From positions 22,960 to 86,959 of the forward strand of contig CAZZPK010000003.1 of the NCBI GenBank assembly GCA_964655995.1: a DNA stretch of 64,000 nucleotides, read 5' to 3'. Of this stretch, positions 37,108-46,633 are shown one piece after another (position 1 is the first letter of the stretch; each line of letters begins with the position of its first letter). The translations under genes and the position numbers were made by a program. The notes under the pieces were generated by a model. The model did no database searches. It worked only from the letters and a program-made list of their open reading frames with translations, and was not told the DNA's origin. This stretch comes from an uncultured Candidatus Saccharibacteria bacterium. Its GTDB lineage: Bacteria; Patescibacteriota; Minisyncoccia; Phycocordibacterales; XYD1-FULL-46-19.

Positions 37108-37162
37108 AAATTTAATAAAAAGGTTTACTTAAATTGGAAAATAAACAGGAGGGTCTCTAAAT

Positions 37163-37426
37163 ATGAGATTTACAGCTTTACTGATCGGGCGCTACTGGGT
37201 CGGGTTAATAAAGGAGCAGTCCCATCTAGTTGTTATTATCTTGGTACTTGGGTATCTAACCGTTGGTATTGCTCGGGTGCTCGAGTATGGTTGGGGCTCA
37301 ATTGGCGCCGGCCTCTTGGTTTATCTGATCTTTGTTCCTTTACTTTCTTCGTCTTGGAATTGGTTTTTAAGAAGGCTGATCCTTTATTGTCAAAAAAGAT
37401 CAGATGTTTTGGGCAATCAACAATAA
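37163..37426 (+). CDS. small membrane protein
   Basis: Ribosome-binding site aggagggtc; two hydrophobic helices. Confidence 0.4.
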   Translation: MRFTALLIGRYWVGLIKEQSHLVVIILVLGYLTVGIARVLEYGWGSIGAGLLVYLIFVPLLSSSWNWFLRRLILYCQKRSDVLGNQQ

Positions 37427-37437
37427 GGAGAAAAAAA

Positions 37438-37653
37438 ATGACGTTTTTGGCAATGATGTCATCGGGCTTGTGCTTGATGGCGATTTACCTCTCGATCTAT
37501 GTGCCGCAAAGCGGCGGGCTGATCGGGCTGATTTTGACCATTGCGATCCTAAACATTATGGCCTTGTGGGCATCACTGAAGCTGGGCATCGATTATCCTG
37601 GTCGGCCCCTCAATCTGACTGAGGTGATTGGCCAACGGTTTTGGGTGATGTAG
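37438..37653 (+). CDS. small membrane protein
   Basis: Ribosome-binding site aaggagaaaaaaa; MTFLAMMSSGLCLMAIYLSIYV... The track ORF 37291..37653 starts further upstream in the same frame. Confidence 0.4.
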   Translation: MTFLAMMSSGLCLMAIYLSIYVPQSGGLIGLILTIAILNIMALWASLKLGIDYPGRPLNLTEVIGQRFWVM

Positions 37654-37881
37654 CAAATCAAGCTCCGAGACGAGTCCACTGTCTTGGTGCTATCGCAGGG
37701 GCAAAAAATTTTATGCCTCTTGGTCCCTGGCGATTACGGCAATATGCCGGATTTCCCACTGGCCTCACTGGTAGAGGTAGTGGATCCGGGGCATAATCAA
37801 AAGCCTCAGATCAAGCAGGTCCACATAGACCTGCTCACCTAAAAGAAACTGGTTTTCTTGCGGATGGCCCAGCCATCCGCT

Positions 37882-38457
37882 TTATTTTTTGGTGACTAAC
37901 GACTGGGCATTGCCTTGGAGGCCGGTGGCGTCGCCCTCGAGACCGGAGACATTGCCCGAGAGGCCTGAGACATCCCCGGTAATATTGGTCACAATACCAG
38001 CAATGCGGCTAACATCGCCTTTAATATTAGTGACCGTGCCGGAGATATTGGTGGCATCGCCCGTGAGATCATCGACATTACCCACCAGGTCGCTGACATT
38101 GCCTTTTAGCTTGCTGGCATCGCCGCGGATATTGCTGACCGAGCCGCGGATAAAACTGACATTGCCCAAGAGGCCCGAGATATCGCCGGAGATATTGCTC
38201 ACATCGCCACGGAGAGGGGTTACGTCACCTTTAATGTTGCTAACATCGCCTTGGATTTTGGAGACATCGCCCAAAATGCCGGTAATATTGCCGCGGATGG
38301 CGCTGGCATCGCCGGTAATTTTATGGAGCGAGACGTCGCCGTAAATACCGTGGACGCTGCCGCGCAAATTGGCAAAATCGCCCCAGACATTGGGGTGGAG
38401 ATTGGTAACATTTTTGGTGTTAAGCTGGGTTTTGTTGGTGCTTGGTTGTAAGGTCAT
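37882..38457 (-). CDS. 7-residue tandem-repeat protein (about 22 consecutive GD[VAI]S.I. heptads)
   Basis: GDVSNIKGDVTPLRGDVSNISGDISGLLGNVSFIRGSVSNIRGDASKLKGNVSDLVGNV...; the DNA has a 21-nt periodicity across about 37930..38400. Confidence 0.55.
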   Translation of the reverse strand: MTLQPSTNKTQLNTKNVTNLHPNVWGDFANLRGSVHGIYGDVSLHKITGDASAIRGNITGILGDVSKIQGDVSNIKGDVTPLRGDVSNISGDISGLLGNVSFIRGSVSNIRGDASKLKGNVSDLVGNVDDLTGDATNISGTVTNIKGDVSRIAGIVTNITGDVSGLSGNVSGLEGDATGLQGNAQSLVTKK

Positions 38458-38552
38458 AATATGTAAATTATATCACCTTGACTTCAGATAGTAATATATG
38501 TATTATAAAAGTTGGGGATAACCGGTCTTTGACTAGGAAGGAGGTGCCGAAG

Positions 38553-38927
38553 GTGAAAACCCAACAAGTAGATATTAAGATGGATCAGGAGTTAAAGCAG
38601 AGGTCGTGGCTCATGTTGAGTCACCGAGGTCTTGATTTGGAGACCGCGACGATCCCTCAACTGCATGAGTACCTGACCGAGCTCGACGAGCAAATCTTTG
38701 TGGCGATCGGACTCGCGCTTAATGCTGGGGAGACGGAGATACCAGAGGCGGTGATAGAGGAGATCCGCAATTGTAATGCCGTGGTCAATTTTATCAATCG
38801 CCATCATTGGGCTCAAAACCCAAATACTCCCGCTTTGTTTTACCAACGGGAGTGGAAAATGGAATATTTTACCAAACCGGAAGAGAGGGCCAATGGTCGC
38901 CAACAAGGGGAAGCAACTTGTAATTAA
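38553..38927 (+). CDS. hypothetical protein
   Basis: A GTG start after ggaaggagg is preferred over the TTG at 38478; no recognisable motif. Confidence 0.35.
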   Translation: MKTQQVDIKMDQELKQRSWLMLSHRGLDLETATIPQLHEYLTELDEQIFVAIGLALNAGETEIPEAVIEEIRNCNAVVNFINRHHWAQNPNTPALFYQREWKMEYFTKPEERANGRQQGEATCN

Positions 38928-39039
38928 GATTCGGCCGGGGGTGGTGCGTAAACCACCGATGGCCAAGTTGATCGCTCGGCTCACGCGCCGAGCCGCCTAA
39001 TACTAGCCCTGAGACGTACGTCGTCTCGGGGCTAAATTT

Positions 39040-39561
39040 ATGCTACAATTGCCCATTATGACTTTAGGGACGCACGCGGCGGTGGGGGCGGTGGTGGCGG
39101 GCTTGGTGCCGGCTAATCCGGTACTTGGCTTTGGCTTGGCTTTTGCCAGCCACTTTGTTTTGGATATGATCCCGCACTGGGACTATCAGTTGGGATCGGC
39201 TAGGCGCGACGAGGACAATGCTCTTAACGACGATTTGGTAATTGGCCGCGCTTTTGTCTACGATTTGGCTAAAATCGGCACGGACTTTGCGCTCGGTTTA
39301 TTTGGTGCCCTTATCATTTTGGCCACTTTTTATGATTGGACAGTATGGACCTGGGTACTTGCGGGGGCAGTGGGCGGGGCGTTGCCCGATGCGCTCCAAT
39401 TTGCCTATTTTAAGTGCCGCCGCGAGCCGCTGGTCTCTCTGCAGCGCTTTCACCAATGGGTGCACACCAAAGTGCGTCTCGATGGCCGGCCGCTCTTAGG
39501 AGCCTCCCTGCAAGTATTATTGGCCGGGGTCGTCATCGGGGTGTATATTTTACTGTACTAG
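39040..39561 (+). CDS. hypothetical multi-pass membrane protein
   Basis: 173 aa with four or five hydrophobic helices. Confidence 0.45.
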   Translation: MLQLPIMTLGTHAAVGAVVAGLVPANPVLGFGLAFASHFVLDMIPHWDYQLGSARRDEDNALNDDLVIGRAFVYDLAKIGTDFALGLFGALIILATFYDWTVWTWVLAGAVGGALPDALQFAYFKCRREPLVSLQRFHQWVHTKVRLDGRPLLGASLQVLLAGVVIGVYILLY

Positions 39562-39614
39562 ATTTTAGTCAAAGAGCGTGTTATATTAGCTTATTAGTTT
39601 AATTAATAAAAAAT

Positions 39615-40406
39615 ATGTTTAACGATTTGACACCAAATATGCGCAAGGGGGTACTCGCGATTTTGTTAGTGGTTTTAGTGGCGGTGGGTTACTCGGTGGT
39701 CCGCTACGCCGAGACTTACAGCAAGTCCATTCAGCCGGGCTCTTTCCGCAGCTTTTCGGCTACGGGTGAGGGTAAGGTGGTGGCCGTGCCGGATGTGGCC
39801 ACTTTTAGCTACAGCGTGGTAAATCAAGGTGGTAAAGATTTAGCCACACTCCAAGAGCAAAACTCCACCAAAACGCAAAAGATCAATGACTTTTTAAAGT
39901 CCAAAGGTGTTGATGAAAAGGATATTAAAACCGAAAATTACTCTGTCGAGCCGCGTTACCAGTATTACAGTTGTCCGGAAAAGGGCGGCGCTTGTCCGCC
40001 AGCCGATATTGTGGGCTATACGATCCGTCAGTCGGTAACGGTTAAAGTCCGTGATTTTAAACAAGTGGGCGAGCTTTTGGCCGGAGTAGTCTCGGCCGGG
40101 GCCAATACCGTCTCCCAACTCTCCTTTACTATCGACGATCCAAGCAAGGTTAAAGACGAGGCGCGAGCGTTGGCGATCACCAAGGCCCGTGCGCAAGCCG
40201 AGTCTATTGCCGAGGCGGGTGGTTTCCGTTTGGGACAGCTCCTCTCGGTGGATGAGGCTTATCAGCCAGTACCGTACTATGGTTTGGGAATGGGTGGTGC
40301 GATGGAAAAAGATGTGCGGATGTCAGCTCCAGCCGCATTGCCGGCTATTGAGCCCGGCAGCCAGGAGGTAGTGGTTAACGTTGTTCTCCGTTACGAAATA
40401 AAATAA
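39615..40406 (+). CDS. SIMPL/DUF541 (YggE-like) periplasmic protein
   Basis: N-terminal TM then the DUF541 pattern (GEGKVVAVPDVATFSYSV...TQKINDFLKSKGVDEKDIKT). Confidence 0.65.
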   Translation: MFNDLTPNMRKGVLAILLVVLVAVGYSVVRYAETYSKSIQPGSFRSFSATGEGKVVAVPDVATFSYSVVNQGGKDLATLQEQNSTKTQKINDFLKSKGVDEKDIKTENYSVEPRYQYYSCPEKGGACPPADIVGYTIRQSVTVKVRDFKQVGELLAGVVSAGANTVSQLSFTIDDPSKVKDEARALAITKARAQAESIAEAGGFRLGQLLSVDEAYQPVPYYGLGMGGAMEKDVRMSAPAALPAIEPGSQEVVVNVVLRYEIK

Positions 40407-40436
40407 ATTTTATTAGCTGTTAGCACAATTAAATAA

Positions 40437-41846
40437 ATGTATCGTAAAAAGACCAAAATAGTGGCCACGATCGGACCCGTGACCGCTAATGAAAAGATGA
40501 TGACTGATTTGGCCAAAGCAGGGATGAATGTGGTCCGCATCAACTTCTCCCATGGCGATTTTGCCGAGCATGAGCCCAAAGTCCATTTGGCGCGCCAAAT
40601 CAGCCAAAAATTAAAGCAACCGATCGCCATTCTCCAAGATTTGGGCGGGCCCAAAATCCGGATCGGCGACTTTGGTGTGGAGTCGGTAATGCTTAAGCCG
40701 GGCGCCACTTTTACCTTAACCACCGACAAGGTGGTGGGTGACGACAAGCGCGTGAGTATTAACTACCCGCTTTTACCCAAAGAGGTTAAGGTGGGTGGGC
40801 TGATTTTACTCCACGACGGCAAAAAAAAACTCCAAATCGCCGAGATCAAAGGTAATGACGTTATTTGCAAAGTAATCGTGGGTGGCGAGATCAAGTCGCG
40901 GCGCGGCGTAAATTTGCCGGGTGCGTATCTCTCGATCAGCTCAATTACCGACAAAGATAAAAAAGATTTGGAATTTGGCTTGAAACACAAAGTCGATTTT
41001 ATTGCGCTGTCGTTTGTGCGTCGGCCCAGCGATATTTTAGAGCTCCGCGAGATCCTAAAAAAGCGCAAATCAAGCGCCGGCATTATTGCCAAAATCGAGA
41101 CGCCGGAGGCGCTTGAGAATATTGATGAGATTATTAAATTAGCCGACGGTATTATGGTGGCACGCGGCGACTTGGCCATTGAGATCCCGGCCGAGGAGGT
41201 GCCGTTGGTCCAAAAAATGTTGATCCAAAAGTGCCACCAGGCCGGCAAGCCGGTAATTACCGCGACGCAGATGTTGGAGTCAATGATCAAGTCGCCGGTG
41301 CCGACGCGCGCCGAGGTCTCCGATGTGGCCAATGCCATTTTAGACGGGACGGACGCTATTATGCTCTCGGAGGAGACGACATTGGGCGACTATCCAGTTG
41401 AGGCTGTTAAAATGATGCGGACCATTGCCGAGCGGATGGAGCGCGAGCTCTCGCATCGAGCCGATAAGGCGGAGAGTTTTAATCACGGCATGGCTGATGT
41501 GGTTAGTCGGGCGGTGACGGCATCCGCCAACGAGTTGGGGGCCAAGCTGATTGTTGCCCTAACCAACTCCGGACACACCGCGCGGATGATCTCGCGCTAT
41601 CGGCCCAAGCAAGCGGTGATCGCGCTGACACCAGATGAGGCAGCGGTGGGTAAGATGGTGCTCTCTTACGGCTGTTATCCGATGAGTATTAAAAAATTTA
41701 AAACTTTAGACAGCGTTTTGCCATTGGTGCGCCAATTGGCTTTAGAAAATAAGCTGGCTAAAAAAGGGGACAAGGTGGTAGTGGTGGCGGGTATGCCCTT
41801 TGGCCACTCGATTGACACCAATATGATGCTGATTGAAGAGATCTAA
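40437..41846 (+). CDS. pyk: pyruvate kinase
   Basis: KTKIVATIGP, the NFSHG motif and MVARGDLAIE. Confidence 0.85.
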   Translation: MYRKKTKIVATIGPVTANEKMMTDLAKAGMNVVRINFSHGDFAEHEPKVHLARQISQKLKQPIAILQDLGGPKIRIGDFGVESVMLKPGATFTLTTDKVVGDDKRVSINYPLLPKEVKVGGLILLHDGKKKLQIAEIKGNDVICKVIVGGEIKSRRGVNLPGAYLSISSITDKDKKDLEFGLKHKVDFIALSFVRRPSDILELREILKKRKSSAGIIAKIETPEALENIDEIIKLADGIMVARGDLAIEIPAEEVPLVQKMLIQKCHQAGKPVITATQMLESMIKSPVPTRAEVSDVANAILDGTDAIMLSEETTLGDYPVEAVKMMRTIAERMERELSHRADKAESFNHGMADVVSRAVTASANELGAKLIVALTNSGHTARMISRYRPKQAVIALTPDEAAVGKMVLSYGCYPMSIKKFKTLDSVLPLVRQLALENKLAKKGDKVVVVAGMPFGHSIDTNMMLIEEI

Positions 41847-41867
41847 CTTGAGGGCTATAATAGGGGT

Positions 41868-42224
41868 ATGAAAATATCTATTAAGGCCACCGGCCTCGCA
41901 CTTACTCCAGCGTTACAAGGGTATGTCGAAAAGCGCCTCGCTGCCGTGGGGCGCTTTGTGGATACGGCGCAGAATGTAGCCTTTGCCGCGGTGGAAATCG
42001 GCAAAACCACCAGGCATCATAAGCGGGGGGAGGTTTATCTGGCCGAGGTGACGATTAAAGCGAGCGGCGCCAACTATCGCGCCGAGAGCACGGCCGACGA
42101 CTTGCACGCCGCCATTGACGATATGCGCGACGAAATTTTGGAGGTTATCAAAAAGCGCCGCGGCAAACAAACTGACCTCAAAAAACGCGGCGGCCGCCAA
42201 GCCAAAAAAATGTTAAGGGGGTAA
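41868..42224 (+). CDS. hpf: ribosome hibernation promoting factor (RaiA/YfiA family)
   Basis: MKISIKATGLALTPALQGYVEKRL has the sigma54-modulation-protein fold signature. Confidence 0.7.
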   Translation: MKISIKATGLALTPALQGYVEKRLAAVGRFVDTAQNVAFAAVEIGKTTRHHKRGEVYLAEVTIKASGANYRAESTADDLHAAIDDMRDEILEVIKKRRGKQTDLKKRGGRQAKKMLRG

Positions 42225-42251
42225 AATGTCGTAAAATAAGGTTTTTTAAAT

Positions 42252-42287
42252 TATACCAAGTAGCCGCGATCGCGGTCAGATGGTATA
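42252..42287. repeat. REP-like palindrome R1 (TATACCA...CCGCGATCGCGG...TGGTATA)
   Basis: tataccaagtagCCGCGATCGCGGtcagatggtata; the inner 12 bp are a perfect palindrome. Confidence 0.6.
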
Positions 42288-42385
42288 GTTGACAATATTG
42301 GTAAGGGTATGCTATAATGGTAGGTAGAGTTGTTTGAAAGTAAATAACACGGAACCATAATCCCCAAAGGGAGAGGAGATTGAAG

Positions 42386-42811
42386 ATGAGTTGGATTTTG
42401 GCGGTGGCACTTTGCTTTATACTTTGGAGTACCTACGCAATCCCGGGCAACTTAGCCGAGAAGACGCACGGGGTCTCGGTCAATATGCTTTTTGAGACCT
42501 TGGCGTTTATTGGGGTGACGCTTCTCCTCGGTAGTAAGATTATCGAGGGGTTACCCAAAGTTACTTTGAGCTCAGCCGCTCTCGCCTCAATGATGGGGGC
42601 CGGATCGGCGCTCGGATTTTACTTTTTTCTCACCGCGCTTAGTTTGGCGCCGGGAACAAAAGGTATTGTCCTGGTCGTTTTGATCGCCGGGGTCACCTTC
42701 CCGGTGCAGAGTGCTCTCTTCAGCTTTTTTGGAGAGGCGCTGAGCACCCAGCAGTGGGTAGCGATCATTGGCATGGGGGCGTCCCTCGTCCTCTATAACT
42801 GGAAGTTTTAA
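42386..42811 (+). CDS. small four-TM membrane protein (DMT/EamA-half-like)
   Basis: Ribosome-binding site gggagaggag; four hydrophobic helices; bracketed by R1 and R2. Confidence 0.45.
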   Translation: MSWILAVALCFILWSTYAIPGNLAEKTHGVSVNMLFETLAFIGVTLLLGSKIIEGLPKVTLSSAALASMMGAGSALGFYFFLTALSLAPGTKGIVLVVLIAGVTFPVQSALFSFFGEALSTQQWVAIIGMGASLVLYNWKF

Positions 42812-42840
42812 ATTCCAGCATTTACTCACATATTTCCACT

Positions 42841-42886
42841 CCGCACATGTTGCTTCCGGCAACCTCTGTGCGGTTTTGTTTTTTAA
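42841..42886 (+). terminator. intrinsic terminator after the 42386..42811 gene
   Basis: ccgcaca-tgttgcttccggcaacc-tctgtgcgg followed by ttttgtttttt. Confidence 0.55.
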
Positions 42887-42888
42887 AT

Positions 42889-42924
42889 TATACCAAGTAG
42901 CCGCGATCGCGGGGAGATGGTATA
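42889..42924. repeat. REP-like palindrome R2
   Basis: tataccaagtagccgcgatcgcggggagatggtata; its 5' 34 nt, including the ttttttaaat lead-in, are identical to R1. Confidence 0.6.
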
Positions 42925-43072
42925 GTTTTGTTTTTTATTAATTCCGGTTAATCTTGATTGTTCCACTTGCTCACGATCGTATAAAAGTGGAATAATCAGT
43001 AAGGAGAGGTGGTTGATTTTTGTGGTTTTTTGTTTAATAATGTCTTTAGATTAACCTAGAAGGAGACAAGAG

Positions 43073-43336
43073 ATGTCAAAAATAAATGAGAAGAGACTCA
43101 AACTTTTAACACCCCGTGAATTTGTTTTTATGCGACAGTTGAAAAGAGGTTTAATAACACCTCTTTCTGATGATGTTGTCGCTTGTAAATTAGCTTCTCT
43201 GGGCCTCATAACTTTGCGGACGGGAAAATTAACGGACATAGGAGCACACATTCTGTGGGAAGAAGAACTTGAGCAAAGGCCGTTACTTAAGCTAATTTAC
43301 TTAATTTACGGCCCACTTTTTTGCAGGGTCTCTTGA
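43073..43336 (+). CDS. hypothetical small protein (AT-rich)
   Basis: Strong ribosome-binding site gaaggagacaagag ATG; its 3' end overlaps the fmt stop convergently. Confidence 0.35.
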   Translation: MSKINEKRLKLLTPREFVFMRQLKRGLITPLSDDVVACKLASLGLITLRTGKLTDIGAHILWEEELEQRPLLKLIYLIYGPLFCRVS

Positions 43337-44163
43337 GTGTTGAATTGCTCCCAACTCATCTCGCGTCTACCTTCGGGGACGACGCGGTCGAGGACGAGCT
43401 CACCTTGCGAGAGGTGGGCTTTTATTATTTTTAAACGGATGGATTTGCCGTTTTTGGCGACAAAGGTAAAAGCCCCGGGGCGGGGAGTAAAGGCGCGGAT
43501 TTTTTGGTAATTGACAATTGGATTATCCGCTAAATTAATCTCCGCTTCTGATTTATCATATTTTTTAGTAAAAGTGGCTTTGGTGTGATCTTGCTCTTGA
43601 CCGGCAATTTTGCCGGCTAAGTAATCCGGCAAAATATCAGCGATCATTTCCGCGCCGCGTTTAAATAAAATGTGACCCAGCTCGCCGGTGGTCTCGGTGG
43701 TTAAAGTATATTTCTCTTGCGCAATTATCGGCCCATGATCAAGCTCCGGATCCACTCGGAGTATAGTCACGCCCGTTTCCGTCTCGCCGGCTAAAATCGC
43801 CGACTCGAGCGGCGAGGGCCCGCGATACTTGGGCAAGAGCGAGGGGTGGATATTAAGCGCGCCGTGTTTGGGTAAATTTAAAATTTCAGCCGGGATAATT
43901 TTGCCATAGGAGGCGACGATAAATAAATCCCATTCTCGCTCCGCCAGTTCCGGCGGAGTAATTTTTAAACTGGCCGGTTGGACGAGGGGCCAGTTGTGCG
44001 CTTTGACATATTGAGCCAGCGGCGGGGGAGTTAAAGCGAGTCCGCGACCGGCCGGCTTGTCGGGAGTACTTATCACTAAACCAGGCGTTAAACCGCGTTT
44101 AATTAAAATATCTAAAGCAGTGACGGCATACTCGTCGGTGCCTAAAAAAGCAAATTTAGTCAT
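43306..44163 (-). CDS. fmt: methionyl-tRNA formyltransferase
   Basis: KFAFLGTDEYAV N-terminus and the HPSLLPKYRG motif. Confidence 0.85.
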   Translation of the reverse strand: MTKFAFLGTDEYAVTALDILIKRGLTPGLVISTPDKPAGRGLALTPPPLAQYVKAHNWPLVQPASLKITPPELAEREWDLFIVASYGKIIPAEILNLPKHGALNIHPSLLPKYRGPSPLESAILAGETETGVTILRVDPELDHGPIIAQEKYTLTTETTGELGHILFKRGAEMIADILPDYLAGKIAGQEQDHTKATFTKKYDKSEAEINLADNPIVNYQKIRAFTPRPGAFTFVAKNGKSIRLKIIKAHLSQGELVLDRVVPEGRREMSWEQFNTQETLQKSGP

Positions 44164-44665
44164 TGGTGGGGACAATAGTTTCTAAATCGGTGGCGTGATC
44201 GGTAAATAAAACACCGTTTAAGTGGTCCACCTCGTGCTGAAAGACTTGCGCCATCAGGCCACGTCCGGTCCAGGTAAATTTTTTGCCCAGCTCATTATAC
44301 GCCTCGACGGTGGCGGTTACTGCTCGCTTGGTTTTGCCGTAAATATGGCGCACCGAGAGACAGCCCTCGTCCAAAATGATTTTCTTTTTTGAGAGCTTGG
44401 TGATTTTGGGATTGATAAAAATCAAATGCGCGGGCCGAGCCTCGGGATTAGCCTCGACCATTTTCATCGAGACGACAAAGATCGGCAAAGAGACGCCGAT
44501 TTGCGGTGCGGCAATGGCCACGCCGTCCGGGCAAGAGTCTAAGGCCTCGATCATCGCGGCGATTGTTTTTTGAATTTTAGGCGAGGCAATCTCGCTTAGG
44601 CTAAGCGGCTTGGTCTTGGCGCGTAAGACCGGGTGCTCATTTTGGAGAATTGGCGGCGGAGTCAT
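44156..44665 (-). CDS. def: peptide deformylase
   Basis: GVAIAAPQIG, the EGCLS motif and HEVDHLNG. Confidence 0.85.
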   Translation of the reverse strand: MTPPPILQNEHPVLRAKTKPLSLSEIASPKIQKTIAAMIEALDSCPDGVAIAAPQIGVSLPIFVVSMKMVEANPEARPAHLIFINPKITKLSKKKIILDEGCLSVRHIYGKTKRAVTATVEAYNELGKKFTWTGRGLMAQVFQHEVDHLNGVLFTDHATDLETIVPTND

Positions 44666-44677
44666 GGCGTCTTTATA

Positions 44678-46543
44678 TTACATCAGATTAGTAGGTTCAA
44701 TGTCAATTTGCCACGCCGGTTTTAGGCCGTTGAGTATTGCGAGTAATTGCTCATCAGGCCAGGCCGCCGGCTCAATTTTAAGTAAAAAATTATTCGGCTC
44801 GTAAAAGATGGCGCCCCACGAGGCTAAAGCGGTCTCGGCTTTAACGCCATCGTTTTTATGTTTGGGATTGACGAGTGTGCCTTTAATTAATAATTTAAAC
44901 GGCGGGTAAGCGAGGCGCTCCCGCAGGGAAAGCTCTTGGCGGTAAAAATCTAAAATATTGCCCTCGAGCGCTTGTTTAAATAAAGCGGTGTCGGGGTGCC
45001 TGGTCTGGATCAAAAAGCGGCGGCTGGCTCGGCTTTTTAAATCAATCAACAAATTAAAAATGCGCTCATTCATATTGTAATTTGGTACCATAAACAATGA
45101 GTCAATGCCTATCACCGCCACGAGCGGTATGGCTGCCGGCAAATAATTAAGCGCCTGCTCGGTGCCAACCACAATGCCGCCCGGCTCGGCCAGGGCGGCT
45201 AAAGCGGCTTTGATTTTAGCCGGGGTGGGAGTATGGTCGGCATCCACGATATTTACCGTCCGCTCGGGGAAAGCTTGGCTCAAAGTTAAAGCGACGCGCT
45301 CGCTACCGATCCCCAGGGTGGCCAGCCGCCAGCCGCCGCAGACGGCGCACTTGTCCTCGATTTCCCTTTTGGCACCGCATTGATGGCAGTAAAAGATATT
45401 TTTTACCGGAGTTTGGCGGTGGACCACTAGCGGCGCCGCGCATAGCGGACAAACAACAGTGGTGCCGCAGTCATTGCAAATGGTGGTTGGAGTGAGGCCT
45501 TTGCGGGCGGTAAAAATAAAAGCGCTGCCGCCGCTTTGGCAAATCTCGTTTATTTGCTCTAGAGTCTCAGCGGCGACCACGGCAAATTTTTTTCGGTCGT
45601 GGTCGCCGCTTTGGTCGCGTCCGTCAATAAGCTTAAGCTTGGCCGGCGAGATCACGCGGTGATTCAAAGTCCCGGCCGGAGCGTAATTTTTTTGCTCGGT
45701 TTGGTACAAAGCATCGAGTGAGAGCGAGCTATCGCCAAGTAGCAATTGCCAGCCGGCGGCGCGGGCCAAATGTTGGATCACGCGCCTCAAATCCAAAAAA
45801 GGCGGCAGAAATTGTTTGTAGCCGGGGCTGTTTTCTTGATCCAAAATTACCAGGCCGATATCGGTTCGGGGTAAAGATAAAATCAGCGGGCTGCCGATCG
45901 CCACTATCGGTTTGACCGCCTTGAGCGCATTATTCCAAACAGAGCGGGTTTTGGCTTTAGTTTCCTGGCCGGTAAAAATCTGGGCGTAATCCTCCAGGCC
46001 GCGACTTAAAAACGGCGCCACTTGGGCGATGTCGGCCGAGCCAGGCAAGACAATTAAAACGGATTGATTTTTTGCCAGCATCTCGCGGATCATCCCTTTG
46101 TAAGAGGCGAGTCGCTCGCCGGGCGGTTGTTGGAGGACTTTGATTTCGGTTTTAAATACTGCCGGCTCGGCCGCCACATCAATTGGCTTTTTGGTTTTGC
46201 GTTCCATCTTTTGATCCAAAATAGCCGCCGGGACCAATGATTTCAAAATTAAACCGGGCGCCACGCCGTACCACTTGCTCGCGCTTTTTACGCCGGCGAC
46301 AAACGAGGGTAAAAATAAACCCGGACTGATAACGCGCTTGATTTTTTTGAGCGTAAAGTCGCTCTGCCTTAGCGACTGCTTAATGGCGCTGGCCTCTTTG
46401 GCCGCCAAAACTAAGGCGGGTACCTCTCGATGGCCCAATGGGACGGCCACAATCGCTCCCGGACTTACCGGCTCTTTGGTAAAATAAGCCAACTCATCAA
46501 AGGGGAGCGAGCTGGCGATAGGCGTAACCGTGAGGACGTACAT
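44678..46543 (-). CDS. priA: primosomal protein N' (replication restart helicase)
   Basis: Helicase motifs plus two Cys4 zinc modules (CNDCGTTVVCPLCAAPL...CHQCG...CAVCGG). Confidence 0.8.
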   Translation of the reverse strand: MYVLTVTPIASSLPFDELAYFTKEPVSPGAIVAVPLGHREVPALVLAAKEASAIKQSLRQSDFTLKKIKRVISPGLFLPSFVAGVKSASKWYGVAPGLILKSLVPAAILDQKMERKTKKPIDVAAEPAVFKTEIKVLQQPPGERLASYKGMIREMLAKNQSVLIVLPGSADIAQVAPFLSRGLEDYAQIFTGQETKAKTRSVWNNALKAVKPIVAIGSPLILSLPRTDIGLVILDQENSPGYKQFLPPFLDLRRVIQHLARAAGWQLLLGDSSLSLDALYQTEQKNYAPAGTLNHRVISPAKLKLIDGRDQSGDHDRKKFAVVAAETLEQINEICQSGGSAFIFTARKGLTPTTICNDCGTTVVCPLCAAPLVVHRQTPVKNIFYCHQCGAKREIEDKCAVCGGWRLATLGIGSERVALTLSQAFPERTVNIVDADHTPTPAKIKAALAALAEPGGIVVGTEQALNYLPAAIPLVAVIGIDSLFMVPNYNMNERIFNLLIDLKSRASRRFLIQTRHPDTALFKQALEGNILDFYRQELSLRERLAYPPFKLLIKGTLVNPKHKNDGVKAETALASWGAIFYEPNNFLLKIEPAAWPDEQLLAILNGLKPAWQIDIEPTNLM

Positions 46544-46633
46544 GCCGCCATTATAGCGAGGCCGTGCTTACTTATCCACATTGCATTTAAGGGGCAAAAT
46601 AAGGCTTAACGGCCGAATGTTATTATTAAGTAA

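Noticed and set aside
38478-38552. TTG start at 38478 for the 38478..38927 ORF
   Set aside because: There is no Shine-Dalgarno sequence. The GTG at 38553 is preceded by ggaaggagg at optimal spacing, so the shorter gene is preferred.
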